Source: the human T2T-CHM13v2.0 reference genome, Homo sapiens
DNA length: 64,000 bases
Assembly (NCBI RefSeq): GCF_009914755.1
Contig: NC_060937.1
Reading direction: 5' to 3' (one strand)
This document shows positions 28,222-42,349 of the stretch, in pieces. How positions within the stretch are numbered: position 1 is the stretch's first letter; every line of letters begins with the position of its first letter. The notes beneath the pieces were generated by a model, which saw only the letters and a list, made by a program, of their open reading frames with translations, was not told where the DNA came from and searched no databases. Made by a program: the position numbers and the translations under genes.

Positions 28222-28903
28222 GATTATATCCTACTTTAGCTTTTACATTTAGGTTTATGATCCAGTTCAAATTAATTTTTATGCATGGTGTGAGGTAAGA
28301 GTCAAGGTTCATTTTTTACCCCATATGGATATCCAATTTTGTAGCATCACATATTAAAAAGACTATCCTTTCCCTATTGAGTTACCCTAGCATCTTTGTA
28401 AAGAAATTGATCATATAAGTGTGGATCTATTTCTGGACTCTATTTTTGTACCATTGATTCATATGTCTACATTTATGCCAATACCACATTGTCCTGATTA
28501 ATGTAGCTTTATAGAAAGTTTGAGATCAGTAATTTCCTTTGTTCCTTTTCAAAATATTCTGGTTATTCTAGGTCTTTTGCACTCTCAAATACATTTTAGA
28601 ATCAACTCGTGACTTTCTACAAATAAGTCTGCTGGGATTTTGATTAAGGTTGCATTGAATCTATAGGTCAATTTGAGGAGAAATGGCTTCTTAACAAGAC
28701 TGAATTTTCTAGTCCACAGATATGGTGTATTTATCCATTTATTTACATCTTCTTTAATTTGTCTCAGTAATATTTCATAGTTATTAATGTAAAGATATTG
28801 CATATGTTTGATCCAATTCATTCCTAAGAATTTTTTTTGTTATTATAAATGAATCTTAAAAAATTTTTTTCTAGTTGTTTCTGGTATTTAGAAACGTAAT
28901 TGA

Positions 28904-29195
28904 TTTTTTTTTTTTCTTTGAGACAGAGTCTCACTCTGTCGCCCAGGCTAGAGTGCAGTGGCATCATCTTGGCTCACTGTAGCCTTAACCTCTCAAGCTC
29001 AAGCTATCCTCTCACCTCAGCCCTTCAAGTTGCTATGACTACAGGCGTGTGCTACCACACCTGGCTAATTTTTGTATTTTTTGTAGAGATGGGGTTTCAC
29101 CATATTGCCCAGGCTGGTCTTGAACTCCTGAGCGCAAGGGGTCCACCCGCCTCCCAAAGTACTGGGATTACAGGTGTGAGCCACCGTGTCCAACC
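28904..29195 (-). mobile_element. Alu SINE, AluJ-type
   Basis: TSD agaaaYgtaattgatttt on both sides. Confidence 0.96.
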
Positions 29196-29885
29196 AGAAA
29201 TGTAATTGATTTTTGCATAGTCACCTGATTCCTGTGACCTTACTAAATTCGCTTATTAGTTCTGGTAGCATTTTTTATGTTCTTTGGGATTTTATATATA
29301 CATATTAATAATAGGTTATTTAAAAATATAGACAGATTAATTTCTTCTTTTCCAAACTACATGCCTTTATTTCCCTTTCTTGCTAAATGCATTGACTAGG
29401 ACTTTGAGTAACATGTGGCATAGAAGCAGGGGAGCAAAAATTCTTGCCTGGTTACTGATCTTAAGTAGAAAACATGCAGTGTTTCACCATTAAGTATGAT
29501 ATCAGTTGCAGGATCTTCACAAATTCTATTTATCAAATTAGAGAACTTTCCCTCTCTTTCTAGTTTGATTAGAATTTTTTATCATGAATGACTGTTCAAT
29601 TTTGTTAAATACAATTTTTTTGCGTCTATTGAGATCATCATAGCTTTTCCTACTTTACTGTATTAGTATGATAAATTATATTGATTTTCAGACATGAAAT
29701 CAACCATTCCTGACATAAAACTTACCCAAATTTAATGTATCATTCTTTGCATATGTTGCAGAATTTGATTTGCTAATATATTTTAAGAATTTTTATATCT
29801 AAATTTATGAGTGATATTGTTTTCTTTTGATATTTTTGAATGCTTTTGGTATTGGAACACTGGGTTTATAAAATAAGTTGGGAAG

Positions 29886-30385
29886 TGTGGTAAGCTAAAT
29901 AATAGCCCCAAAGATTTGTCGATGCCCCAAGTCCCCAGAATCTCTAAACATTACCTTTATGGATAAAAAGTTTTGCAGATATGATTAAGTTAAAGTTCTT
30001 GATATAATATTGTCTTGAATTATCAAGGTTGTCTGTAAACACAATCAGAAATGTCCTTGTAAATTGGAGGCAGAGGGAGATTTCACACAGACAGAAGAGG
30101 AGAAGGCACACAGAAGAGAAGGCAATGTGATCAAGTAGACATAGCTTGTATTAATGAGGCCAGAAGCAGAGGGATGCCAGCAACCACCAGCAGCTGGAAG
30201 AGGCAAGAGAAGGCTTCTATCCCAGACCTGCTAGAGGGAATGTGACTCTGTCCACATCTTGATTTTGGCCCAGTGATGTTGATTTTGGACTTCAGGACTT
30301 CAGAACTGTGAAGGAATACATTTCCATTTTTTTAAGCCACCTAGTTTGTGGCATTTTATTACAGCAGCCTCAGAAAACTAATAGA
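29886..30385 (+). mobile_element. MaLR solo LTR, MLT1C/D-like
   Basis: tgtggtaagctaaataatagcccc...ccagcagctggaagaggcaag...cagcagcctcagaaaactaata. Confidence 0.9.
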
Positions 30386-31649
30386 AAAATATTCCCTTCT
30401 CCTGTATATTCTGAAAGGGTTTGTGTAAGATTGGCATTATTTCCTTTTAAAAATATTTCTTAGAATTCATTTGTGAGGCACTCTGGGCACACATTTTTTA
30501 ATGCAAAAGCTTTAAAATGACAATTTCAAGTTTTAAAAATTAATATGGGGCCAGTCAGGTTTTCTATTTTGTCCTGAGTTAGTTTTGGTTATTTGTGTCT
30601 TCCAAAGACTTTGTCCATTTCATTGATATAGTTGTGTTTATTAGCATAAAGTAGTTCATGATAATTTGCCTGTTCTCTTTTTAATGCCTGTAGGATCTGT
30701 GGTAATGTCCTCTCCTTCATTCCTGATGCTAGTAATTTGTGTGTTTTCTCTTTGTTCTTAATCAATATAGCTAGATATGTATCACTTTTATTGATCTTTT
30801 TAAAGAGCTACTTTTAGTTTCATTAGTTTTCTCTATCTTTTGTCTAATTTTTACTTATTTTTAACCCGTTTGCTTTTACTTATTTTGAACTTAATTGGTT
30901 CCTTTTCTAGCTTCTTGAAGGAAAATCATAATTGATTTCAAGCCTTTTTCATTTCAAATATAAGCATTTGAAACTATAAATTTTCCTCTCAACATTGCTT
31001 TAGCTAACATAAATTTTAATTTCTAGCATTTTCATTTTCATTTAGTTAGAAATACTTCTGAGTTGTTTTGTCACTTCTTTCTCTGACCCATGGGTTATTT
31101 AAAAATGTAATACTTAATTTCCAAATATCTGGGAATTAAAAAATATTTCTGTTATTGCACTCTAATTTTATTCTGTTGTGGGTCAATAAACATGTGCCAT
31201 ATGAATTCATTTTTAAAGATTTTATTGTGATTTATTTTTTGGCCTGGTATATAGTCTATCTTGATGAAAGCTGCATGTGCACTTGACAATCCTACTGTTG
31301 TTAAGTAGAATGTCAATACATGTCAATTTGATCAAGTTGGTTAGCAATTTTATTCAAGTTTTCTATAGTTTTAGTGATTTTCTGTCTACTTGTTCTATCT
31401 ATTACTGAAAGAGGACTGTGAGACTCTTGAACTCTTTTGTCTATTTCAGTTTCATCAGCTTTTGCTTTATATATTGTGGAGTTCTGTTATTAGGTGTATA
31501 TAAAGTTATAATTGTTACATCTTAAAATTTTCCTGTCTCTGGAAAGCTTTCTTGTATTAAAGTCTATTTTGTATGATATTAATAGAGCCTCTCCATCTTT
31601 CTTATGCTTGCTGTTTACATGCTATGTCTTTTTCATTATTTTATTTACT

Positions 31650-33324
31650 TTCTTTTTCTTCTTTTACACTTTAAGTTCTGGGATACATGTGCAGAATGTG
31701 GAGCTTTGTTACATAGGTACACACTTGCCATGGTGGTTTGCTGCACTCATCAACCTGTCATCTCCATTAGGTATTTCTCCTAATGTTATCCCTCCCCTAG
31801 CCCCCCATGCCCCAGCAGGCCTCGGTGTGTGATGTTCCCCTCCCTGTGTCCATGTGTTCTCATTGTTCAACTCCCAATTATGAATGAGAACATGTGGTGT
31901 TTGGTTTTCTGTTCCTGTGTTAGTTTGTTGAGAATGATAGTTTCCAGCTTCATCCATGTCCCTGCAAAGGACATAAACTCATCCTCTTTTTATGGCTGCA
32001 TAGTATTCCATGGTATATATGTGCCACATTTTCTTTATCCAGTCTATCATTGATGGGCATTTGGGTTGGTTCCAAGTCTTTGCTATAGCGAACAGTGCTG
32101 CAATAAACATATGTGTGCATGTGTCTTTATAGTAGAATGACTTATAATTCTTTGGGTATATACCCAGTAATGGGATTGCTGGGTCAAATGGTATTTCTGG
32201 TTCTGGATCCTGGAGGAATTGCCACACTGTCTTCCACAATGGTTGAACTAATTTACCTCCCACCAATGGTATAAAAGCATTCCTATTTGTCCACATCCTT
32301 TCCAGCATCTGTTGTTTTCTGACTTTTTAATGATCACCATTCTAACTGGCGTGAAATGGTATCTCACTGTGGTTTTGATTTGCATTTCTCTAATGACCAG
32401 TGATGATGAGCCTTTTTTCATATGTTTGTTGGCTGCATAAATGTCTTCTTTTGAGAAGTGTCTGTTCATATCCCTTGCCCACTTTTTGATGGGGTTGTTT
32501 TTTTCTTGTAAATTTGTTTAAGTTCCTTGTAGATTCTGGATATTAGCCCTTTGTCAGATGGATAGATTGCAAAATTTTTCTCCCATTCTGTAGGTTGCCT
32601 GTCACTCTGATGATAGTTTCTTTTGCTGTGCAGAAGCTCTTTAGTTTAATCAGATCCCATTTGTCAATTTTGGCTTTTGTTGCCATTGCTTTTGGTGTTT
32701 TAGTCATGAAGTCTTTGCCCATGCCTATGGCCTGAATGGTATTGCCTATGTTTTCTTCTAGGGTTTTTATGGTTTTAGGTCTTAGATTTAAGTCTTTAAT
32801 CCATCTTGAGTTAATTTTTGTATAAGGTGTAAGGAAGTGATCCAGTTTCAGTTTTCTGCATATGGGTAGCCAGTTTTCCCAACATCATTTATTATACAGG
32901 GAATCCTTTCTCCATTGCTTGTTTTTGTCAGGTTTGTCAAATATCAAATGGTTGTAGATATGCAGCATTATTTCTGAGGTCTGTGTTCTGTTCATTGGTC
33001 TATGTATCTGTTTGGGTACCAGTACCATGCTGTTTTGGTTACTGTAGCTTTGTAGTATAGTTTAAAGTCAGATAGCATGATGCCTCCAGCTTTGTTCTTT
33101 TTGCTTAGGATTGTCTTGGCTATACAGGCTCTTTTTTGGTTCCATATGAAATTTAAAGTAGTTTTTTTTTCTAATTCTGTGAAGAAAGTCAATGGTAGCT
33201 TGATGGGGATAGCATTGACTCTATAAATTACTTTGGTCAGTATGGCCATTTTCACAATATGGATTCTTCCTATCCGTGAGTATGGAATGTCTTTCCAGTT
33301 GTTTGTGTCCTCTCTTATTTCCTT
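31650..33324 (-). mobile_element. 5'-truncated L1PA (L1PA7-like), ORF2 C-terminus plus 3' UTR, disrupted
   Basis: ORFs 32992..33417, 32248..32469 and 31979..32308 encode L1 ORF2p C-terminal text ([41 protein letters not shown]) split by frameshifts; L1PA 3' UTR. Confidence 0.97.
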
Positions 33325-35432
33325 ATATGTGAACTTACTGCTAAAAGCTGAGGTATTTGCCAAGAGAAAATTTGAGAAGGTAATTAGAACAAGGGGAGCC
33401 ATATGATAGGTCATCATGCATGCAGACTTACAAAAGGCAGAGGAAGTTCAGAGAGGTGGTGGCTATTGGAGAATGAGAGAGGGGAATGTTGTCACTGAAA
33501 GTATGACAGATCCGAGGTTCAACTCATGAGCTGTAGCTCATAAAAGACGTGTGGTTTTTGAAAGATAAAGAGAACTGGGGGGTAGGAGGCAAGATTTGGA
33601 AACTTAGTTGAGGCACTTTTTAACTAAAAAATCTACAAAAATTGTGCTAATATGAAAAAAGCATATTTTACTGCAACTTTGACTATTTTATACCTAAGGG
33701 TAAGCTGAGTTAGAGAAAATCTGACAGTGAAAATGTTTAGAGATATTTATAGAAAGAAATAGAATGAAATGAAATAAATATCCAAAAAAGAATGACTGGA
33801 ACTGGAATGTTGCCATGACTAAGAAACTATTAACCCCACTTTATAGATGAGGAAAGGACTTTATGTTTTTGCATAATCTGTAAGTTTAGGGTGAATCAAC
33901 ACATTCTTGTTGTGTGATAAAATATTTTTTTTTTCTCCCTGTAAAACACTAGCAAGTAAAATGTGCTCTACCCTGGGTTTGTTATGTTTGTTCCTAAGGA
34001 AAGTCTTAAGTATTGCACTCGTTCTGCTACTCAAAAAGCACCTTTAATCACTTGGCAGATGTGTCAGTGGCAAAGGAAAACGTGAAATCCCGAGCAGCTC
34101 ATTAGATGAGCTGTAAGATAGAATTGGTTACATTTAATTTCAAAGTTCTCTCACATTTCTCTGTAAAGGGCTTATTGCAATATAGAATTATGAACTGGGA
34201 GGTTGTCTTATCTTGGGAAAATTTAATATTTCATCTTGTCCTTTAATGTGCTTGCCAAGGTATTTAAAGAGCTGAGTAAAAATTAGGATGACTGGTATTA
34301 GAATGATGAAAAATGCTTTAAGCACTTTAAACCACTGGGTGTAAATTCAGGAAGATAAGGTTAAGAAGCCCGCGTATGCTGCCACATGGTAATGTCAAGG
34401 TTGAAATGGACATGGTGACATTCCACAGTGCAATGACTGACAACCGAGTGCAATTAGCTGCCTCGTGTAGCCAGGTCTCCCAAGACTCATCAGTGGCACT
34501 GATGGGGGTCATATCAACACCGATAGATCAGCTTGTGCCCTCACCTACTGACAGCACCTCCTGCCTTGGAAAGTTCCCTCAAGGCAGGTTTCAGTGTTCC
34601 TGGGGTTTCATGTGTGTATTCCTGAGTGATCACTCCCCTAATAGCTTTGCCATGTCTCCCTTCTCTTCTATGTTGAAGCCTGAGGAAGAGGTGTGGGGAA
34701 GGGTGAAAATGTCCCCATCTAGTTCATCTTATGCTCTGTGAGCCATGGGGAATGCAGGCTGCTAGTGCTCTCAATGATAGAGGCTGCAAGGAAGCCTCTC
34801 TCTTATTCTCCTTGCAACCTTTCTGTTCCTGGGATGCAGTCCATGAAGATAGACATGGGATAGTCCACAGGACAAACACTGCCAGACTCAAAATAGTCGT
34901 TCTCCTCTGGTTCTGAGGTCTGATTACCTGGCCAAGTGGATGCTTCTGTTGCCTTGGTTCCTTAAGGGGGATTTTTTACAGTTAGGCTTTCTGTTCTGTG
35001 AAGGCAGGGGCCATACTTGTCTTGTTTAACTCTATATCACTGCAGGGTGGGCAAACAATAAATACTTGTTATCGCTCTGCCTGGGACTCTCAAGTCTTTT
35101 GGAAAACAGGTTCTCCTGGGGCTGGCCCCACAAGTTTGCTGGAATTGCCTACGTTCCATCTTGGGCTCAAGCTGGAACCCTCACTGAATTTAAAATGTCT
35201 CATAATATATCTTCTGGTAGTTACTTTATGCTTAATTGTTTTATTCCTAGAGAGCTTCGAAATTGTGATAACCTTTATTGCCCAGGTTGTTATCATTTCA
35301 ACTTATGTTTTTCCTGACCTCCACCGGTTAGTTTTCTGTTTAAATGTAGACTAACATGAGCATGTCAACATTTTAATCATGACGAAATAATTGCCCCTTG
35401 CCTTGACACTAACAAATCATATGACCTTGGGC

Positions 35433-35620
35433 TAGGGTTGCTAGAGAAAACACTGACCATCATTCAGTGTGAATTTCTGGTAAGTAATGAATAATTTTTG
35501 GTATAATTATGTCCCATGCATTTTGGTGGTAGAGCGTAGTGCCAAACTTATGCTAAAAATTCTTTTTGGTCTGAAATTCAAATTCAGTGAGTTTTCCTGT
35601 TTTTCTTTTTCTTTTTTATT
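35433..35620. mobile_element. MER53-like palindromic MITE inserted in a MIR (~35400-35790)
   Basis: tagggttgctaga...gaatttc...tatgtccca...acttatgctaaaaa...ctgaaattcaaatt. Confidence 0.75.
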
Positions 35621-36440
35621 CTGGACAAATCATTTTTATTTTCTGTGTTTCTGCTTGTTCATCTACAAAATGAAGTATCAACCTTGTGTACCTTGTTAAT
35701 CTAAAGCTCAAATGACATTAAGTACATTAATATTTGTTCATAAGAATTTTCAATAAAATGTGAGATATTGTTAGTCATACAATAATGTTTATTGGGTATC
35801 TGTACTTGTTCTTGCTGATGTTAGCCACATTTACTCTAGTGAATTAAAAACAAGTAGAAGACAGGTTTTGCTTTTAGGAGCTTTGTAGATAGCTAAGAAG
35901 ATAGGCTCTATGGCCTTTCAGACACTACAGAAGATAAGCAAACACAGTGTAAGGTAGTAAGAACTGCAGTGTAATGCTAGATGAGACTGGACAGGCAACA
36001 CTCCAGGAGGATGCTGAGGATTGAGTCTTGCATTGGACCTGAAGGACTTAGTGGATCCTGGACTCCTTGCTGGGAATCCTCAGCAATCCTGTGTGTGTCC
36101 CTCTGTAGAATGACAGAAACAGGGAACATTATGAAGTCCAGAAACAAAGCTGAAAAACAATGAAGAAATTTGCCTCTGGAGCATAACTTCAGATCCATGG
36201 TCCAAGTTCCAATGTGAGTTAATTTGTTACCATTTTTAATTTATTTTCTACTTGGAAAACAAGCTAACATAATGTTCTTTACAAATGAGAAAATCCTCCA
36301 GTCCCCCATATAATCCCTCTTTTTAGTACATATTTAAAATGGAAGATTATGCTGTTTTTTAATTCATTTATTAATTATTCATTTAAAAAATGGGTATTGA
36401 GCACCTGCTATGTACCAAGCAGGTGCTAGGTGTATAGGGT

Positions 36441-37036
36441 TTTTTTTCATTATTATTTCAATACGTTTTTGGGGAACAGGTGGTGTCTGGTTACATGAAT
36501 AAGTTCTTCAGTGGTGATTTCTGAGATTTTGGTGCACCCATCACCAAAGCAGAACCCAATGTGCAGTCTTTTATCTCTCACCCCCCTTCCACCTTTTCTT
36601 CCAAGTCCCCAGTCCATTTTATCACTCTTATGCCTTTACATCCTCATAGCTTAGCTCCCACTTACGAGTGAGAACATACGATGTTTGGTTTTCCATTCCT
36701 GAGTTACTTCACTTAGAATAATGGTCTCCAATTCCATCAAGGTTGCTGCAATGCCATTATTTCGTTCCTTTTTATGGCTGAGTAGTATTCCATAATATAC
36801 ATATACCACAGCTTATCCACTTGTTGATTGATGGGCATTTGGCTGGTTCCATATTTTTGCAATTGCAAATTGTGCTGCTATAAACATGCATGTTGATGTA
36901 TCTTTTTCATATGATGACTTCAAATATAATCAACTATCAAATGATAGTTGTACTTTTAGTTATTTAGGGAATCTCTACACTGTTTTCCATAGTGGTTATA
37001 CTAGTTTACATTCTCACCAGCAGTGTAAAAATGTTC
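36441..37036 (-). mobile_element. L1PB (L1PB1-like) 3' fragment inserted in L2 (~36360-37090)
   Basis: ggggaacaggtggtgtctggttacatgaataag; TSD tgtatagggt at 36431 and 37037. Confidence 0.93.
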
Positions 37037-37284
37037 TGTATAGGGTATTTAAAGATAAAAATGGGACAACTTCATTGAGGAGCTCACTTCACATGCTTCT
37101 ATAAATGGATCTTGAGGTCTTGTGTAGAGATTCTAGTGGGACAGCTAAGCTTTGAGTGTGCCCTTGACCTGGGAACCCTCTTTCTTTCTCTGTGAGGAAT
37201 TACTTTTCCCAGTGAACTTGATATTTGTGTAGGATCATATGATCTAACCAGCTGATCAACTCTGGTCTTTAAGAAAGTACAGTT

Positions 37285-37336
37285 CACTCCAGCCTGGGCA
37301 ACAGACGGAGACCCCGTCTCTTAAAAAAAAAAAAAA
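37285..37336 (+). mobile_element. Alu 3' terminal fragment
   Basis: cactccagcctgggcaacagacggagaccccgtctc followed by poly-A. Confidence 0.88.
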
Positions 37337-37839
37337 CGACTGATGTTATAGTCAGATAACCATCATTTTTGAAAAACAAAATGAAGTCTGATGCAGAAGA
37401 CAGGCGTGTCATGAACATAGCTAATACAGTAGGATAAAGAGATTGTGCAGATGCGGTAGAAGCAGAGGATACGGTGCCTGTGAGGGATTTCAGAGTAGGT
37501 GGCCCTGGGCTTTAAAAGAGCAGGGAGCTCACTACGGTGTGAACGTGGGAAAACATTCCTGGCAGGATGAACATCTTGTGCCTTTGAATAGCATTTGTCG
37601 TATTCTGCCTCACGGCTTCCTGCCTTCTTTCCACAGTTCCACCACCAGATTGTGGGTGCTTCCAGGCCCAACAGTGCTGTGTCTTAATTGTTTTTATATC
37701 TTCATCATCTAGCATAGTGTCATTCAAGTTGCAGTTTTCACTCAATGGGATAAAATTGTGTTGATAACCTTTTTGAATAGAATTCATAGTGGCAAGGTGG
37801 TATATGCAGAGCATGCTCTACTTATTATTAACAGGCACT

Positions 37840-38030
37840 GTGAAGACAAAGACTTTGGTTCAGACATTGGCTGGCCGCTCACTGGATTGTACAGTCTTGA
37901 GCAAGATACCCTCCCTGAAACTTTTCCTTAGAAGAAAAATGAGAAAAATAATATCTACTTTGTATGTTGAAGACTGAATGAAATTGTGTGTAAAATGTGA
38001 CTGGCATAATTGCTGGCATCTTATTCAATA
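37840..38030 (+). mobile_element. MIR
   Basis: gactttggttcaga...gtcttgagcaag...aaaatgagaaaaataatatctact. Confidence 0.6.
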
Positions 38031-39699
38031 TTAATTCCCCATACTCACCCATAATATACTCATTAAGCTGACTTAGAATTTAGTTGTACATTTGTTGGAA
38101 GAAAAACTTAAGGACCTGAAATATAGCCCACTACAGAATAAAAATTCTGCTTGTGGGAAATATAACTATGTTTACAGCTTCTTACACATTGTTACGTACC
38201 CACATATTACAAATATATCATGTTTACACGATTCCCCTGTGGGGGATGCTTTGGTTGGCGGATGGTTATGCATGCATCCCAGATGTGTTCTGCTGAGGCT
38301 GCATCTGGAAATCAGGAGGATATTTGCAAGACATCATGAACATTTGAAATGTCAAATTTAACAAGTATTGAATATATATTTTGATGCAGAATCATTATAG
38401 ATAAAGAATAGTAACCCATGAGAAGTGTTTAAGAAAATAATTTTGGGGAAAGAAAACTATTCCCTCCACAAACCTCTGTGAATCAAAAGAGCTGATCATT
38501 ATTTGATTTAGGGACATGGGCAGGGATTAGAGCTGTCTCAGGGCACCTACATTCCTCAGCAGCAGAGTTTGAGTCTCTGCTTTGTTAGATGAAGCAGTTT
38601 CAGTGAAAACTGGTTTCTAAACATTTTCAACAGTTTGAAACTGGTGTGCTTCCAAATATAGACCCAGTCTTGAGAAAGGTAGGCTATTTTGGGGAATGGT
38701 CAATTTCTGGAAGACTAACTGAAGACTTAGTTTAAGCATTTGGATAATATTAGAGGATGTAAAAGTCCCCATTCCCCTTGACCATCTACCCAATTCAGTA
38801 TCACTTTTGAGACAGGGAGTCATTCTATATCCGGGTTCCCAATCTTCTATGTTCTCCAATTGCCTGTTCTCTACCAGGGATGAAGAGAGGAAGCTGAGAT
38901 TCATGAGGACTGTGTTCGATGGACAGTGTTTTCTACTTTCTATCCTGGTTCAGCAGGATGCAAGAGTAAACCTCAGATTGGGTTGAAAGATGGAGGAATG
39001 TCTTTGTTGTCTCTCATGAGTGCAATGCCCAGGACAGAGGGTTTAAGTGGCTTGATCTGTGTGAGACAGTTAACATTCCTGGGAAACATCTTCTAAGTAA
39101 GGAGCTGGTGAGGGGTGGAGGTCCTATGAAATTGAAGACAGCCTTGGCCCTCTGAAGAATATCACAGCCTAACTCCCAACTTCTCCAGCTGCATCTCCTG
39201 GCACATCCTCTGTCTCCCAACACATCCAATATGCCAGCCACATTGAGCTGATAATGATGGTATCATGACCCCAGGAGGATTTCACAGAGCTGCAGAAGGG
39301 AAGTATGCTCCAAACACTATTTGTCCCTACACATGCTATTCATTTTGCTTGGAATACACTTCATCCCATTATTGGCTGGAAAGCTCCTATTCATCCTTCA
39401 AGAACTTCAGCAAATATCACCTCTTCTGTAAAATTTTCTTCAGCACCCCAAGGCAGTTAGTCAATTCTTGGGGCTCTTATGGCACATCTGCTATCTCAAT
39501 TATAGCATGTTTTGCACTATTTTGCAAGTCACCTGCTTATGTGTCTGCTTCCCTGCTGCACACATTGTTTGCTGCCTATTAAAAACCTTTCCCTTTCCCC
39601 GCCCCTTCTTTCTTTCTTTTTTTTTCATATTGGACAGAGATTTTAGTAGATTCTTTGAACCAGTAAGCTTCTAGTAGTTGTTGAGGGGCTCTGTGTGCA

Positions 39700-40225
39700 T
39701 GTTAGGGCAGGCCTTTATTGCTCAGCTAGGCAGTTTATACTTCTGTCTTAGATTTCAATTCCTGGATATGCAGAACCTCAGAGTCAAACAAAAGTGTGAA
39801 AGCTTAGGTCCTTCTCCGGTCTGAGAACACAGCCCTTGGCATACGCACAGCATTACACATGCACATGACCTTCCAGGAATCTATCAGAGTTTTTTTTAAG
39901 CCTGCTGTGGACATCTAATTCTCCAGTTTTTCCTGTTAATCTTTTTGCTTAGCCTGCTGGTTGCTCTCCTAAGATCCACTTGCCTCAAGCAGCCAAGATA
40001 TTTAACAGTTTCCTCTAATTGTTTTAAACAATTTCCCAGGGAAAAGGCTATCCTGCACTAGGTGAGCTCTGAGTGACATCAAAAAAGACAGCCTTAGGAG
40101 TGATCTTCCTGGGAACCACCAGACAGATCAAACAATGATAGTTTTCTGGCAATGGTGGTTTGAAGGAGCTCCATCCAACCCCATTTTGCCACCTCCATTG
40201 GCTGACAGGCTGCTGCTTTTCAAGA
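39700..40225 (-). mobile_element. L1MC/MD-type 5' end fragment
   Basis: Matches recalled L1MD 5' consensus (gctcagctaggcagtt...ggaaaaggct...gagctctgagt...ttgaaggagctcca). Confidence 0.6.
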
Positions 40226-40589
40226 CTAATGCCTCTTCTTACTGATGGAATCTTGATGTTGTTCAGGTAACCAGCTTCAAGGAAGGCTGGGCCTTCATTT
40301 CAGCTCCTGGGGATGTATCTTGATGAGCCCAAGCCAATCATGGCAGTTCTGGTTTGCCTGCCAGTAACTGATTTCAGGATGAGAGTGTGAGGCACTTCTG
40401 GCTGACGATGAGTCACCTGGGAATCAGGGACAAGGCAGACTGTGATTGTGTAAGTCTAGGGTGGGCCTGAGTGTCTGGATGTCTCCCCAGGGGAGGCAGA
40501 ACTAGATACTGCCAGTGTGAGGTCCACACTTTCAGGAAGCTAGATGATTTCTAGGTTAAGCCTCCTCCTTTAAAAAAAGAGATATAAGA

Positions 40590-40891
40590 GGCCAGGCATG
40601 GTGGCTGACGCCTGTAATCCTAGCACTTTGGGAGGCCGAGGTGGGCGGATCATGAGGTCAGGAAATCGAGACCAGCCTGGCTAACATGGTGAAACTACGT
40701 CTCTACTAAAAGTACAAAAAAATTAGCCTGGTGTGGTGGTGCATGCCTGTAATCCCAGCTAATTGGGAGGCTGAGGCAGAAGAATCACTTGAACCCAGTA
40801 GACGGAGGTTGCTGTGAGCCGAGATTATGCCATTGCACTCCAGCCCAGGAGACAGTGTGAGACTCCATCTCAAAAAAAAAAAAAAAAAAAA
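40590..40891 (+). mobile_element. Alu SINE, AluSc-type, within MLT1K/L-like fragments (~40230-41190)
   Basis: ggatcatgaggtcaggaaatcgagacc; A20 tail. Confidence 0.96.
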
Positions 40892-41570
40892 GGAGAGCTG
40901 CAAGAGAAGAACAGGTCCTTTAAATGTCTCTGATGTTGGCTCTGTGAAGTGTGTTATCTGGAGCTGCAGTGTCTTGTGGCCACTAAAGAAGTAGCCAACA
41001 TGCTGGGATGGCAGAATGGAAGGATGCAGAGAGCCCTGGCCAAGAGCTGATGCTGTTAAATTGTTGAGTGCAGCAACCCTGGAACTGCCAATTTTCAGTA
41101 CATTTTACCATGTGAGATGATTAATGTCCTTGTGGTTTCAATCATTTTGATGTGAGTCTTCTGTTGCTTGCAGCCAGAAGTATCTAAAGCGTCCTTTGTG
41201 GGATGTGGGCTCCTTAAACTCAGGCATCCTGTGTTGCTAATCTCGGAATTCCCAGCACCAAGTATAGAGAACCTGGCCCATGGTAGTCGTTCCATACATG
41301 TTTACTAAATGAATGAATGAATGAATGAAGGCCTCGTGGGGTCAAGGAGATTGTCATTAACAGCTTGGTCCACAGGCCCTGAATTAATAGAGCAAGGCCT
41401 GAGATTTACATATCTGGATTTGAGGACTGTTGAATGTTGAATCCCACTTCTGCAACACATTCCATCTGAGATTTGGGTGATATTGATTAGCCTAAGTCCT
41501 GTAAAATGTTTAATGTTGTTTGTATTCCATCTCCCAAAAAGCCCGACAACTCCTTCAGATGGGTTTAGGT

Positions 41571-41821
41571 TAGCGTTTTTCAAACTGTGGATTGTAACCC
41601 CTTGGTACCTTGTGAAATGAATTTAGTGGGTTGCAACCAGAATTTTAAATCAACAGAATAGACCAGGAAAGAAAGTATCAGAGTGCATCCTATGTATCAA
41701 GGATAAGGCATTGTTTTATGAAATGTTTATTTCCATTAGGTATGTGTATATATCTACTGGGTCATGATGTAAAGTATATTTCTTACTCTAGGTTATGGTC
41801 ATAAGCGTTGGAAAAACGCCA
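41571..41821. mobile_element. hAT-Charlie MER112-like element
   Basis: TIRs tagcgtttttcaaac / gttggaaaaacgcca (13/15); internal text matches recalled MER112. Confidence 0.8.
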
Positions 41822-42260
41822 GCCTGGACCAAAGGTCCAGTGTCCCTCCGAGGAATTATGCATGTGCCACAATCCCACAGGGGCTCATAGCCACTACTCC
41901 CATTCCTTCCCTCTCCAGTCTCCAAGCCCCATGCTGAGTGGCCCGGCCTAGGAACTGTTCCTTTTTGAACTTTGCTGACTCTCCGAGGAAACAGCATTTT
42001 GAGGCCGCTTCTTTTACTCTTCATTCAACTGTTTCCTGTATTCAGCACTGAGGCTTCTGAGAGGCTCTCTGTATCCCTGTGAGTGGATCGGCCTCTTGCT
42101 GGCTGGCTGGCTCCAGGCCAGACCACACAGATCACAACCAGGGACTGCTTGGCCCCTGGGCCCAGCTGTCTGTGCTCTGCCCCAGCAGAGACCTTGGCCA
42201 GAGCCAGCATTTGGGGATCAAGGGGCTTTAACTATTTAGTGGCCTCCAATTTTGAGCCAC

Positions 42261-42349
42261 ATCTTGCTTTGCCTGCTTCTGGTTTGGGGCTAGATCTTGC
42301 TTTGCTTGCTTCTAGTTTTAGGCTAGATCTTGCTTTGCCTGCCTCTGGT
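42261..42349. repeat. 33-bp minisatellite, ~2.7 copies
   Basis: atcttgctttgcYtgcYtctRgt starts at 42261, 42294 and 42327. Confidence 0.92.

Noticed and set aside
31650-33417. L1 ORF2-like ORFs as an active element
   Set aside because: Only ~1.7 kb, 5'-truncated and frameshifted; no promoter, ORF1, EN or RT core
34095-34113. 8-bp hairpin cagctcat-tag-atgagctg
   Set aside because: Short enough to be chance
34376-34741. 121-aa ORF in unique sequence (similarly 4300-4656, 14819-15196, 51235-51459)
   Set aside because: No recognisable family or exon structure; lengths expected by chance in six frames of 64 kb
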